Origin: Fibrobacterales bacterium
GTDB taxonomy: Bacteria > Fibrobacterota > Fibrobacteria > Fibrobacterales > JAOPTW01
Assembly: GCA_051532035.1 (NCBI GenBank)
Contig: JAOPTW010000010.1
Coordinates: 1 to 64,000 of the forward strand
DNA: 64,000 nt
Reading direction: 5' to 3'
Numbering within the stretch: position 1 is the stretch's first letter; every line of letters starts with the position of its first letter. The notes beneath the pieces were generated by a model. The model did no database searches. It was given only the letters and a program-made list of their open reading frames with translations, and was not told the DNA's origin. The position numbers and the translations under genes are program-made. Below, piece after piece: positions 9,350-18,815 of this stretch.

Positions 9350-10564
9350 TCAATCATCAGTTAACAAGACATGTCCCATTCGGTCACGTTTTACCTTAAG
9401 ATACTGTTCATTTTCTGAATTGTGAGGAATTTCTATTGGAATACGAGTTGTAACTTCGAGATGGAACCCTTTTAAGCCAGAAACTTTATCTGGATTATTC
9501 GTTAAAAGGTTCATTTTGCAAACACCGATATCAGCAAGAATCTGTGCTCCAATACCGTAACAACGAAGATCAGCATCAAATCCAAGTTCTAGGTTTGCAT
9601 CTACTGTGTCGAATCCTTTCTCTTGTAGTTCATAGGCTTTCATTTTGTTGGCAAGCCCAATCCCACGGCCTTCATGATTCCTAAGGTACAGTACCACGCC
9701 ACCGTGTTCAGCAACATATTTCATTGCATAATCAAGTTGCTCACCACAATCGCAGCGTTTAGAACCGAGAACATCGCCTGTAAGGCATTCACTATGTACA
9801 CGAACATTTGTAGGGACATCAGCACTAATGTCGCCATTCACCATTGCAAGATGTTCTGCACCTGTAGTTTTATCAATATATGCGTATGCTTGAAAGCTTC
9901 CATATTTTGTTGGAATAATCGGCGAAGCTTCTCTGACTACGAGAATTTCATTTTTTCTACGGTAGGCAATAAGATCATTGGTCGAAGAAATTTTAAGTCC
10001 ATGCTCTTTCGCCAATTCAATTAATTGAGGAAGACGAGCCATAGTTCCATCTTCATTCATAATTTCACAAATTACAGCAGCTTCAGATCTACCAGCGAGT
10101 TCAGCGAGATCAACGGAGGCTTCAGTATGGCCTGCCCGTTTCAAAACTCCGCCATCAACTGCTCTCAAAGGAAATGTATGCCCCGGAGAAGCAAAATCTT
10201 TTGCAGTAGCACTTTCACCAGCAAGAAGTTGAGAGGTCAGTGCACGATCACCTGCAGAAATACCAGTCGTCACCCCTTCAATTGCATCCACTGAAATGGT
10301 AAAGGCTGTAGGAAACGGTGAATTATGTGTAGAGGCCATCATTGAAAGCCCCATTTTTGCAACTTTACTCGCACTTAATGCTGTACACACTAAACCACGA
10401 CCATGAGTTACCATAAAATTAATATGCTCCGGTGTTGTTGCATCAGCCGCACAGATGAAATCACCTTCAGCTTCTCGATCATCATCATCAACCATGATAA
10501 TGATTTTTCCGTTTTTGATATCTTCTATGATATCTTCTATTGGGTCAAATTGTATATCAGCCAT
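9350..10564 (-). CDS. ribBA: Bifunctional DHBP synthase / GTP cyclohydrolase II
   Basis: [54 protein letters not shown]. Confidence 0.97.
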   Translation of the reverse strand: MADIQFDPIEDIIEDIKNGKIIIMVDDDDREAEGDFICAADATTPEHINFMVTHGRGLVCTALSASKVAKMGLSMMASTHNSPFPTAFTISVDAIEGVTTGISAGDRALTSQLLAGESATAKDFASPGHTFPLRAVDGGVLKRAGHTEASVDLAELAGRSEAAVICEIMNEDGTMARLPQLIELAKEHGLKISSTNDLIAYRRKNEILVVREASPIIPTKYGSFQAYAYIDKTTGAEHLAMVNGDISADVPTNVRVHSECLTGDVLGSKRCDCGEQLDYAMKYVAEHGGVVLYLRNHEGRGIGLANKMKAYELQEKGFDTVDANLELGFDADLRCYGIGAQILADIGVCKMNLLTNNPDKVSGLKGFHLEVTTRIPIEIPHNSENEQYLKVKRDRMGHVLLTDD

Positions 10565-11156
10565 TTTGCTCTTTTAGGAAATTTTCAATGTATTTACCGA
10601 GAACATCTACTTCGAAATTTACTCGGGTGCCAACAGTATAATGCCCAAAACGGGTATTATCTACTGTTTCAGGTATTACTGCTACTTTAATACCTTCGTC
10701 TGTTTTTTCTGCTACGGTCATACTCGTGCCGTCAAGAGTTACTGACCCTTTAGATATAATATATTTCATCATATCTTTAGGAAACTCCATAAATATTTCA
10801 CGTCCCGCTTCCATCATCTCAACTTTGGTAACTTTAGCGACACCATCAATGTGCCCCATAACAATATGACCACCAAGAAATGAACTTGCAGTACAAGGGA
10901 ATTCAAGATTTACAGGACTTCCCGCTTCTAAATCACCAAGGTTTGTCACATCAAGAGTTTGATGAATCGCCGTAACTTTTACATCCTCTGTGCCCATTCG
11001 CTCAGCAGTAAGACACACACCATTGACAGCAACGCTTGCTCCCTTATCCATTCCTTGAAAAAAGTCATCCGAAGTTTCGAGGAAAAAGGTTGTTGAGTCC
11101 GCAGCTTTATCGAGTTTTTTAATTAATCCTACTCTCTGCACAATTCCGGTAAACAT
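10557..11156 (-). CDS. ribE: Riboflavin synthase
   Basis: MFTGIV start, SVAVNGVCLT, GGHIVMGHIDG, VNFEVDVLGKY. Confidence 0.96.
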   Translation of the reverse strand: MFTGIVQRVGLIKKLDKAADSTTFFLETSDDFFQGMDKGASVAVNGVCLTAERMGTEDVKVTAIHQTLDVTNLGDLEAGSPVNLEFPCTASSFLGGHIVMGHIDGVAKVTKVEMMEAGREIFMEFPKDMMKYIISKGSVTLDGTSMTVAEKTDEGIKVAVIPETVDNTRFGHYTVGTRVNFEVDVLGKYIENFLKEQNG

Positions 11157-11165
11157 AGTTACCTC

Positions 11166-12260
11166 CTAATGGTATTCAGTGAAGGGTGCTGGGTTTTTAA
11201 AAATTTCCAGCCTATCGCTTTTAATGTGCTCAAATGTACAAAATTCAAGTGATTCTTTCCACGAATTATCCCGAAAATCGTTCCACTGATACCCATTTGG
11301 TATTTCATTTTCGCCCGTAAAGAGATAAAGATCATCAAAAAGGTTATGAGAAATTATCGTTTGAGCTAATTGGCCACCTGGTTCAATTAAGAGATGGTGT
11401 ACCCCATGGTGATACAGCTGCTGAAAAAGCTCTTTTAAATTATCCACCATATTGAGCCCTGTTAATGGAATAGTAATTACATGGGCAGGATACACTCCAC
11501 TCCCCTTTGCACTATATGCAACAAAAACCGAACGACCATCTTCTCGGAAAATTTTTAAACTATGGGGGGTTGCCCCAGAATAATCAAGGAGAACTCGGTG
11601 GGGATCTATTTTTGAAGAATTGTGAGATAATCGAGTGTCGAGAGTTGGGTTATCGATGCGTGCTGTACTCCCCCCTACCAATATCGCATCGGCAAGAGTT
11701 CTCAATTCATGGACTCTCTCTCTACTTTCCGTATTAGTAATTATTACTTGTTCTTTTTGAGTTCCTGCAATACACCCATTGGTACTTTGTGCTATTTTAA
11801 CCGTGATTTTAGGTCGCATTTGTGTTATAAAAGTGAAAAAACCAGAGTAGAGCTCTTTAAGCTCACCTCCAAGAATAGATTCGATTACTATAATACCTGC
11901 TTCTCGAAGCTGTACAACCCCACAACCATTAACCAATGGATTTGGATCACCAATACCTACTATTACAGTACCCAAACCAGCAGATATAATTGCATCCACA
12001 CATGGTGGTGTTTTTCCATGATGAGAACAGGGCTCCAGAGTTACCACAATGGTGGCGCCTTTTAATAAATGACTTGGGCACTGTTTTATCGCCTGAACTT
12101 CGGCATGGTCGCCACCCGCAGGTAATGTGTACCCCCGAGAAACAATGGTGTTCTCATGTACAATAACGGCCCCAACAGAAGGGTTTGGTTGTGTACGGTT
12201 CCACCCTTTTCGCGCTTCAGCAATAGCTTCACGCATCCAATTACTATAATTTGTCTCCAT
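11166..12260 (-). CDS. ribD: Bifunctional pyrimidine deaminase / reductase
   Basis: PNPSVGAVIV, HAE, TLEPCSHHGKTPPC, DAILVGGSTARIDNP. Confidence 0.94.
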   Translation of the reverse strand: METNYSNWMREAIAEARKGWNRTQPNPSVGAVIVHENTIVSRGYTLPAGGDHAEVQAIKQCPSHLLKGATIVVTLEPCSHHGKTPPCVDAIISAGLGTVIVGIGDPNPLVNGCGVVQLREAGIIVIESILGGELKELYSGFFTFITQMRPKITVKIAQSTNGCIAGTQKEQVIITNTESRERVHELRTLADAILVGGSTARIDNPTLDTRLSHNSSKIDPHRVLLDYSGATPHSLKIFREDGRSVFVAYSAKGSGVYPAHVITIPLTGLNMVDNLKELFQQLYHHGVHHLLIEPGGQLAQTIISHNLFDDLYLFTGENEIPNGYQWNDFRDNSWKESLEFCTFEHIKSDRLEIFKNPAPFTEYH

Positions 12261-12311
12261 AGGCCAAATATAACTTATGGATTGAATTGCTCTGAGTAAA
12301 AAGAGAAAACT

Positions 12312-12338
12312 TAAGAATCCATTTAAAAATGCCGAAAA
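12312..12338 (+). promoter_or_regulatory. Possible sigma-28-type promoter (a sigma-70 -10 TATACT at 12344-12349 is an alternative)
   Basis: TAAG-N15-GCCGAAAA versus consensus TAAA-N15-GCCGATAA, 30 bp before the ATG at 12369. Confidence 0.3.
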
Positions 12339-12368
12339 ATAGGTATACTAGTACTTTAATGTTTTTAT

Positions 12369-12701
12369 ATGAGCCAAGGAGATTCATTGAAATACCCCAT
12401 TACTATACTTTTTCTCACGGTATTTGCAACAATCATACAGGGCATAATGTTCTATGGCTGGCTTACACACCATCTCTATTTTACCGTGGATAAATTAGGG
12501 AGTTTAACTATTCTTGGTCTTGCAGTCACAGGATTTACCATGGCCTACCTCAAAATCCTCTCCGCTTCTATCAACGGATTTTGGTCCATCAAAATAATGC
12601 TTGCAACCCTGCTGCAACTCATCAATTTCGCAGCCTTTCTTGGATTTGCCTATCTGCTTATAATGAACTGGGTTGATCAACCACTATATATTGGACCATA
12701 A
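12369..12701 (+). CDS. Hypothetical small membrane protein (about 3 TM helices)
   Basis: 110-aa ORF with three hydrophobic stretches, filling the gap between ribD and pfkB. Confidence 0.7.
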   Translation: MSQGDSLKYPITILFLTVFATIIQGIMFYGWLTHHLYFTVDKLGSLTILGLAVTGFTMAYLKILSASINGFWSIKIMLATLLQLINFAAFLGFAYLLIMNWVDQPLYIGP

Positions 12702-12727
12702 AAAAGCTGAGTTATTGGAACCCAGCT
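12700..12727 (-). terminator. Intrinsic terminator downstream of pfkB
   Basis: Minus strand AGCTGGGTT-ccaat-AACTCAGCT (one G-U pair) followed by a T-run. Confidence 0.65.
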
Positions 12728-12759
12728 AATTTTACCGTAATCTATTATTGTATTACTGA

Positions 12760-13737
12760 TTATTTTTCGAGCTGCGCTTTAACTGCCGCAATTCTTTCCC
12801 AGCCCGATTCAGGGATAACCGCTCCAAGTACTTGTACAACCTCTGCACCAGTTGCTGAAGCAAGGGTTCCACATTTATCCATTGACCACCCTTCGACTAC
12901 ACCATACAAAAACCCTGCCGCCCAAAGGTCACCAGCGCCTGTCGTATCAATTGCATCTACAACCTGTGCTTCCACACAGGTTACCGCACCATCTTTTTTG
13001 ATAAGTGCACCTTTTTTGCCTAATTTAACAACTGAAAAGGCACATAATTTTGAAAGTTCTTCTAAGGCAGGCTCTTCATCAAGACCGGTGAATGCTTTTG
13101 CTTCATCTTCATTGGCAATAATAATATCTACATATTTCTCAATCACCTCTTCAAATAGTGGTTTTACAGCACCGACAACTTCGAATGACGCCAAATCAAG
13201 AGAAACTAAAGCGCCAATAGATTTCGCCATTTCTAATGCTTTTCTAAATACTGGTTCATTAAAAGCGAGATACCCTTCAAAATGAACGAGTTTAACACCT
13301 GCAAACTGCTCAACAGTAATATCTTCAGGGGCAATCTCTGCTGCAACACTGAGTGCAGAAAACATAGTTCGTTGTGCATCGGGCGTTACAACTGAAAGCA
13401 CTCGTCCTGATGGATTTGTACCAAAACAGAGTTGCGCATCAACGTGGGCTTTTTTTAGCCCATCAATAAAGAGTTTACCAAGTGCATCATCACAAACCTT
13501 ACCAACAAAACGCCCTGCACCACCAAGTTTACCAATACCGACTATAGTGTTACACGCAGACCCACCAGGCACCACTGATGGTTTGATCTCTGTTTTCTTT
13601 AGTGCACCATTCACATCATCGACATCGACAAGAGTCATTCCCCCTTTGGGAGAACCTAATGATTCGAGATAGGTATCAGATTCTTGAATCAAAAGATCGA
13701 CTAACGCTGCACCCACACCAAGTATTGTTTTACTCAT
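12760..13737 (-). CDS. PfkB family kinase (adenosine kinase-like)
   Basis: PGGSACNT, AQRTM, ANEDEA, VKLGKKGA, DTTGAGDLWAAGFLYG. Confidence 0.92.
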   Translation of the reverse strand: MSKTILGVGAALVDLLIQESDTYLESLGSPKGGMTLVDVDDVNGALKKTEIKPSVVPGGSACNTIVGIGKLGGAGRFVGKVCDDALGKLFIDGLKKAHVDAQLCFGTNPSGRVLSVVTPDAQRTMFSALSVAAEIAPEDITVEQFAGVKLVHFEGYLAFNEPVFRKALEMAKSIGALVSLDLASFEVVGAVKPLFEEVIEKYVDIIIANEDEAKAFTGLDEEPALEELSKLCAFSVVKLGKKGALIKKDGAVTCVEAQVVDAIDTTGAGDLWAAGFLYGVVEGWSMDKCGTLASATGAEVVQVLGAVIPESGWERIAAVKAQLEK

Positions 13738-13839
13738 ATATATTCCAATTATTCATGACATTATTACAGCTATATGTAGCTCATTGTTTCTATCTGTTCA
13801 AGGACTATTTTAATGTAGAATCCACCAGAGCTTTGAGAC

Positions 13840-14364
13840 TCAAGACGTATAGTTACGGGAGCCAATCCAACGCCATGGCTTGAAAGCCCATTCAGGACCT
13901 GCATAATCAATTCCGATTCTAGGGGTTGCTTCAACGAACTCAAGAGCGGGCCCCTCCTCTATCCATAAGTCAGAATCGAGGGTGATATCCCGTGCTTTAA
14001 ATGAATTATCGAGTTGTAGAGATCTGCCAATACGACCAGGACCAGAGACTGCTTCGGTTGCCCGAATAAGTACAGCACTCGGTTCATCTACTTCACCAGT
14101 CACAATATTGAGTAACCAGTACATGCCATATATAAGATAGACATAAATGAGACCTGCTTCACCAAACATCACTTCAGTCCGTGGAGTGCGGCCTTTATTC
14201 GCATGACACGCTTTATCTTCTCCACCACGATAAGCTTCAACTTCGGTAATAGCTGATCGAAATTCTGTACCATCAGGAAATCGACGTACTAGGATCTTAC
14301 CAAGAAGATCTGGTGCTACAACGAGAACATCACGTTTAAAAAATGTGCGAGTAAGTTTTGCCAT
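13840..14364 (-). CDS. mpg: DNA-3-methyladenine glycosylase (MPG/AAG family)
   Basis: VAPDLLGK, ITEVEAY, DKACHA, YVYLIYGMY, AVLIRA, GPGR, TPRIGI, PWRW. Confidence 0.93.
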   Translation of the reverse strand: MAKLTRTFFKRDVLVVAPDLLGKILVRRFPDGTEFRSAITEVEAYRGGEDKACHANKGRTPRTEVMFGEAGLIYVYLIYGMYWLLNIVTGEVDEPSAVLIRATEAVSGPGRIGRSLQLDNSFKARDITLDSDLWIEEGPALEFVEATPRIGIDYAGPEWAFKPWRWIGSRNYTS

Positions 14365-14397
14365 AGGGATTAATAAAAGTAACCCATAAAAAGTTAC

Positions 14398-15315
14398 TTA
14401 ACGATAATCATCAAGGTTACGGATATTTCCTTCACCTTTTTGTTTTCTTCGTTGTTCACTCACCTTCTCTAAGAACTGTTTCTCTTTTTCATTGAGTGAA
14501 TTGATTCCATATTCTGAAACTTTTTTTAGAATAGCATCAAGTGCTTCGTTCGAGTCATGAGGTGAATGAGGATCATGCTCATCTTTTTTATCAGTTGTTT
14601 TGGCAAAGGTCTGTTTTACTTTATCAGTAAAATTTGAAAAACTGGTATCTTGTGTTCCTTGAAATTGGAACCCCGAGCCCAAACTCCCTTTATAAAGGTA
14701 TTTCATATAGAGAAAACCACCCAAAAGCCCGAACAAGTGGGTAATGTGAGCAACACCATCGGACTGGAATCCCGGGAAAACATTTCTCAAGGCCCCAAAA
14801 GTTTCTACTACAAGTAGTACAATAAAAAGTGTTCTGACTTTCATTGGTATCACAAACATAAAAAGTACTGTCGATTCTGGGTTGTATTTACAGAAGAGAT
14901 AAAGTATTGCGTAGGTTGCCCCCGAGGCCCCTATTACAGAAACTGTTTGACCAGTAGCAACATAAAAAAGGGCACTAAAAATTCCCGCAAAAGTACCTGA
15001 TATCAAATAAAGTTTTAAAAATTCTTTATCTCCAATTTGCTGTGCAACACTACTCCCAAACATCCAGAGTCCAAAAAACATATTTGCAAAGAGGTGAAAG
15101 AAACTCCCATGCAGAAACATATAAGTAAAGACTGACCATGGTTTTCCGAAAAGATATTCGGGAGTGAAATTAAGAATAATAGCAGGGTCTAATGCGAACA
15201 GTGCACCAAAATATTGATTTGCTATAGGACTAATAGCCCCGAGTAAAAAAATAACTCCGTTGATAATCATGAGTTTTTTAATTGCAGGAGATAATTCGCT
15301 AAATGGTATCAGCAT
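14398..15315 (-). CDS. Rhomboid intramembrane serine protease with cytoplasmic C-terminal helical domain
   Basis: TYMFLHGSFFHLFANM, catalytic GASG, AHITHLFG; C-terminal LDAILKKVSEYGINSLNEKEK. Confidence 0.92.
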   Translation of the reverse strand: MLIPFSELSPAIKKLMIINGVIFLLGAISPIANQYFGALFALDPAIILNFTPEYLFGKPWSVFTYMFLHGSFFHLFANMFFGLWMFGSSVAQQIGDKEFLKLYLISGTFAGIFSALFYVATGQTVSVIGASGATYAILYLFCKYNPESTVLFMFVIPMKVRTLFIVLLVVETFGALRNVFPGFQSDGVAHITHLFGLLGGFLYMKYLYKGSLGSGFQFQGTQDTSFSNFTDKVKQTFAKTTDKKDEHDPHSPHDSNEALDAILKKVSEYGINSLNEKEKQFLEKVSEQRRKQKGEGNIRNLDDYR

Positions 15316-15326
15316 ACATCGTTTCT

Positions 15327-15800
15327 TTATAGTTGAGGTATAATAATTGAAGGTACAAAATCTGCAACACTATGACCGTTTTTAAGAAGATCACGGATGA
15401 TTGTTGATGATATTGTAGCATATTGAGGATCTGTTGCCAACAGTACTGTTTCACACTCTGGGTAGAGCTTTTTATTCACTTGAGCGAGTTGATTTTCGAG
15501 TTCAAAATCGGTGCTATTTCTTACTCCTCTGACAATTGTGCTCATAGAATATTTTTTGAGGTATTCAATGGTCAGTCCTTCCCAAGTATCAACAACCACT
15601 ATAGGGAAGGAAGAAACAGCGTTCTCTATTATAGACACTCTTTCGTCCACAGAGTAAAGACATTTCTTCTCGTTGTTCACCCCTATAAGTACCGTTACTG
15701 AATCAAATAGCTCCGATGCTCGTTCTATAATATCAAGATGCCCTAAAGTAATAGGGTCAAATGAGCCAGGTATAATTGCTTTTGTTCTTTTCATAGTCAT
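15327..15800 (-). CDS. coaD: Pantetheine-phosphate adenylyltransferase
   Basis: PGSFDPITLGHLDII, VRGVR, DFELE, ISST. Confidence 0.96.
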   Translation of the reverse strand: MTMKRTKAIIPGSFDPITLGHLDIIERASELFDSVTVLIGVNNEKKCLYSVDERVSIIENAVSSFPIVVVDTWEGLTIEYLKKYSMSTIVRGVRNSTDFELENQLAQVNKKLYPECETVLLATDPQYATISSTIIRDLLKNGHSVADFVPSIIIPQL

Positions 15801-16321
15801 TAATTATAAAAAAATGCGAGGCAACTTTCGCCATAACGTTTAATTTTATCAGCCGATTCCAACCATGCAATCTTTTCTCTAGAGGGATATTGAAAAATAG
15901 CTGTTCCACCAGGAGTCAATTTATCACGTACATCATTAAAGTCAGGATATTCTTTTACAAAGGGTGGATCACAAAAGAGGACATCGATACTCCCCTGAGG
16001 TATTGAATTATAATATTTTACTGCATCCATTGAAACAAGTTTAATTGCAGTCGTTTTAAGTGATTTAAGGTTTTCTTGTATACACTGAATAGCGGGTCGT
16101 GCATTTTCGAGAAGAGTTACTGATGCAGCTCCTCGGCTTGCGGCTTCAATTCCTACACTTCCTGAGCCGGCATAGAGATCGACAAAAGAAGCCCCTTCTA
16201 CGTCGTCAATAATATTAAAAAGAGCTTCCCGCACTCGCGACCCTGTTGGACGGGTTTCATTACCTGGTGGTGTTTTAAGACTTCTACTGCGGTATTCACC
16301 GCCTGTTATACGTGTACCCAT
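15800..16321 (-). CDS. rsmD: 16S rRNA m2G966 methyltransferase
   Basis: RITGGEYR, TRPT..RVREALFN, DLYAGSGSVGIEAASRGA, DPPF; adjacent to coaD. Confidence 0.94.
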   Translation of the reverse strand: MGTRITGGEYRSRSLKTPPGNETRPTGSRVREALFNIIDDVEGASFVDLYAGSGSVGIEAASRGAASVTLLENARPAIQCIQENLKSLKTTAIKLVSMDAVKYYNSIPQGSIDVLFCDPPFVKEYPDFNDVRDKLTPGGTAIFQYPSREKIAWLESADKIKRYGESCLAFFYN

Positions 16322-16323
16322 AG

Positions 16324-17310
16324 TTACTCTTTTACGTAATAGACGAGATCAAAAGTGGAATTCATTTTTTGATCATCAGTGGGGACCACAGCAAGCTGTA
16401 CAATACCCAAAGGAATCTTTTTTTGGTGAAGGGTTTGTACAAAGCGTGTAAGATCATTAAAACCACTCGAGACCATTAACGAATAAGAATAACTTCGGTA
16501 GCCACTCAAAGCTCTTGGTCTTTTCTTCACAAGGCTTTGTACACTTACTTTCATATTTTCAGCGATATCTATAAGGTTTCTGTTTAAGTTCTTAATTTGG
16601 GCTTTTTTAACAAAAGTTACTTTACGCTCACGCAACTCGCGATGTTTTACTGAACCATAGAGATTAAACTCTTGTGTATTGCCAACCAAACCCACATTTT
16701 TTACAGGATTTTCTTTAAACTTTGAAGAGACAGACTTCAGAGCTTTTTTAAATTGACGATAATTCAGCGGGTCGGATGCAAGCCCATGGAGATAGTAAAA
16801 ACCAGGGATCTTTATAACCACTTTACCAAAAGTAACTTTGAGAGATGCTGCATCACCAATTCTCTTTAAGCTAGTATACATCATTAACTTCTGATTTTTA
16901 ATCTTTTCAAAATCTAGGAGTTGCGGTATGGGTTTTTTCTTCTTTTGCTCGATACTTTGACGCATCCCCATAACGATCTCTTCAACAACATTCTCTTCGT
17001 TTATAGAAATCTGAGGAAGAGGTTTTGAAACATCCCTCAGCCCTTCCTCTTCGATGGGCATCTCTATAATTGCAGATTCTAAAGGAGCTCCCTCAATCAC
17101 ATCTGGAGCCATCAACTGTTCAATTAATACAGGGGCAAATGCAAAAATTATGATAATCCATGCAACAATAGTAACAGAGGCAAGTATCATTAGTCGTTTA
17201 TTTTTCCGAGCTGAGGCTACGGAATCACTTACGAGATGACTAAGATCTTCACCAAGTTCCTGTGCAACCGACGCAAGTGCATCTTGTTTAAGTAGATTTA
17301 TCTCGATCAT
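16324..17310 (-). CDS. PilN/PilO-like bitopic membrane protein
   Basis: N-terminal IEINLL (PilM-binding motif of PilN), one TM helix, basic periplasmic region; overlaps the pilM-like gene. Confidence 0.6.
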   Translation of the reverse strand: MIEINLLKQDALASVAQELGEDLSHLVSDSVASARKNKRLMILASVTIVAWIIIIFAFAPVLIEQLMAPDVIEGAPLESAIIEMPIEEEGLRDVSKPLPQISINEENVVEEIVMGMRQSIEQKKKKPIPQLLDFEKIKNQKLMMYTSLKRIGDAASLKVTFGKVVIKIPGFYYLHGLASDPLNYRQFKKALKSVSSKFKENPVKNVGLVGNTQEFNLYGSVKHRELRERKVTFVKKAQIKNLNRNLIDIAENMKVSVQSLVKKRPRALSGYRSYSYSLMVSSGFNDLTRFVQTLHQKKIPLGIVQLAVVPTDDQKMNSTFDLVYYVKE

Positions 17311-18317
17311 GATTGAGCCCTCAATGAATCACGCATCGCTAATCCGAGTGCAGCAGCAGCGGGAGCTTCCATTTCTGGTTTATCACAGTCAGGGCTCATT
17401 TTTGCAAAGGTAAACGGATTGAGTTTAACCATTTTCCGTGAAAGATCTGATTTGAGCGCCCCCATAAAGTCTTCATTTTCGGCAAGGTCACCACAAACAA
17501 AAACATTTGCTTTACCTGCTGAAGTTTCCGGAGCTTCTTCTCCCTCTTCAACGACAACTTCTTCTGGCTGTTTTTCAACGTCTGGTTCAGTCTCTTCTGT
17601 TTCAGCCTCTTCGAGAGCAGCTGCAGCTTCTTTTTTAGTTACAGAGAAAACAGCTGTTGCAATCTCTTGTTCAATGGCTTGAGTAATTTCTGAAAATTCA
17701 CTTTCACTAAATGCATCAACACTCACAGGTATACTAACCAACTTTTCCATTAAATATTGATAAACCCAAATGACTGAAACAACATCTTGATCAGCTTTAA
17801 TAATAATGTTATGTCCGAGTGAGTCAACATCTTCTTTTATGATTTCAAGAGCATTAATTGCCGCGAAAACATCCATATCAACTACACCAAGGGGAACATT
17901 AAGCTCTCGGCTCTGTTTAATGATTCCTTCTACATCTACCTTACGCGTTGCTACTACCATAGCTCGTTTATAGAGTTCTTCATCTTCAACGGGGAGAATT
18001 TGAGCATCATAATAATATTGATCAAGTGAATCACATATGTAATTTTCTATTTCCCAACATATATATTCATCAACATCCTTAATCTCTTTTGGGATGAGTA
18101 CAGAGCGTACTAATGAATGTTGAGACCGTAAAGAAAACACGCACTCAACATCTTTATTGGCATTACCCGTTTTTGATACGAGGTAGCTTTTAATTTCATC
18201 GATATCGTCAGTATCTTTTATTTCAAGATCCAAAACAGTACCTGTATCATGATCAAACTCAACAAGCTTTGTTGTTGATTCTCCCATTTCTATACCAATG
18301 ACGACTCTCGATGCCAT
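17307..18317 (-). CDS. PilM-like actin-fold pilus assembly protein (divergent)
   Basis: VIGIEMGESTTKLVE, VVDMDVFAAINA, C-terminal NPF...AAALGLAMR. Confidence 0.75.
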   Translation of the reverse strand: MASRVVIGIEMGESTTKLVEFDHDTGTVLDLEIKDTDDIDEIKSYLVSKTGNANKDVECVFSLRSQHSLVRSVLIPKEIKDVDEYICWEIENYICDSLDQYYYDAQILPVEDEELYKRAMVVATRKVDVEGIIKQSRELNVPLGVVDMDVFAAINALEIIKEDVDSLGHNIIIKADQDVVSVIWVYQYLMEKLVSIPVSVDAFSESEFSEITQAIEQEIATAVFSVTKKEAAAALEEAETEETEPDVEKQPEEVVVEEGEEAPETSAGKANVFVCGDLAENEDFMGALKSDLSRKMVKLNPFTFAKMSPDCDKPEMEAPAAAALGLAMRDSLRAQS

Positions 18318-18329
18318 TACACTCCTCGA

Positions 18330-18803
18330 CTATTTGATAAATGTAATTTGATTGCGAAGTCTTTGCAATTTTTTATTCCCAATACCTTTAACCTCTAATA
18401 AATCCTCAGCAGACTCAAAATCACCATTCTCTTCTCTATAAGAGATAATATGTTGAGCCAGTTTTGGCCCAACTCCAGGAAGCTCGGTCAATGTGAGAGC
18501 CGTTGCACTATTAACCTGTATTAGCTTATCGACTCTTTTTTGGGGTTTCTTGACAATTTCATCTATTTTAGAGAGTGAATCTCCCTTAAAATCCTCGTTT
18601 GATCGTGAGGTTACAGTTGAATCACTTTGCCGAAAGGCAAGTCCCTCTCTCGGTGCTTTTACAATAGTTGGCACATAGGTACTTTTGACCACCGTAACAT
18701 CTCCACTATTGGGGGCATACCAGGTTCGATACACCCGAGTCCCAATACCAATGGAAAAGAATACCGCTGCCAAAATGAGGGCTTTTTTCTCTAATGAAGT
18801 CAA
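18330..18803 (-). CDS. comEA: ComEA family helix-hairpin-helix DNA-binding protein
   Basis: N-terminal TM; VNSATALTLTELPGVGPKLAQHIISYREENGDF...LLEVKGIG. Confidence 0.88.
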   Translation of the reverse strand: MTSLEKKALILAAVFFSIGIGTRVYRTWYAPNSGDVTVVKSTYVPTIVKAPREGLAFRQSDSTVTSRSNEDFKGDSLSKIDEIVKKPQKRVDKLIQVNSATALTLTELPGVGPKLAQHIISYREENGDFESAEDLLEVKGIGNKKLQRLRNQITFIK

Positions 18804-18815
18804 GTAATCTCTCTT

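Noticed and set aside
9258..9353. 32-aa N-terminal extension of RibH in the ORF track
   Set aside because: It spans a terminator hairpin; homology starts at MAKIVEG (9257).
12261..12368. FMN riboswitch upstream of ribD
   Set aside because: Only about 108 bp of AT-rich divergent intergenic sequence, with none of the conserved RFN motifs.
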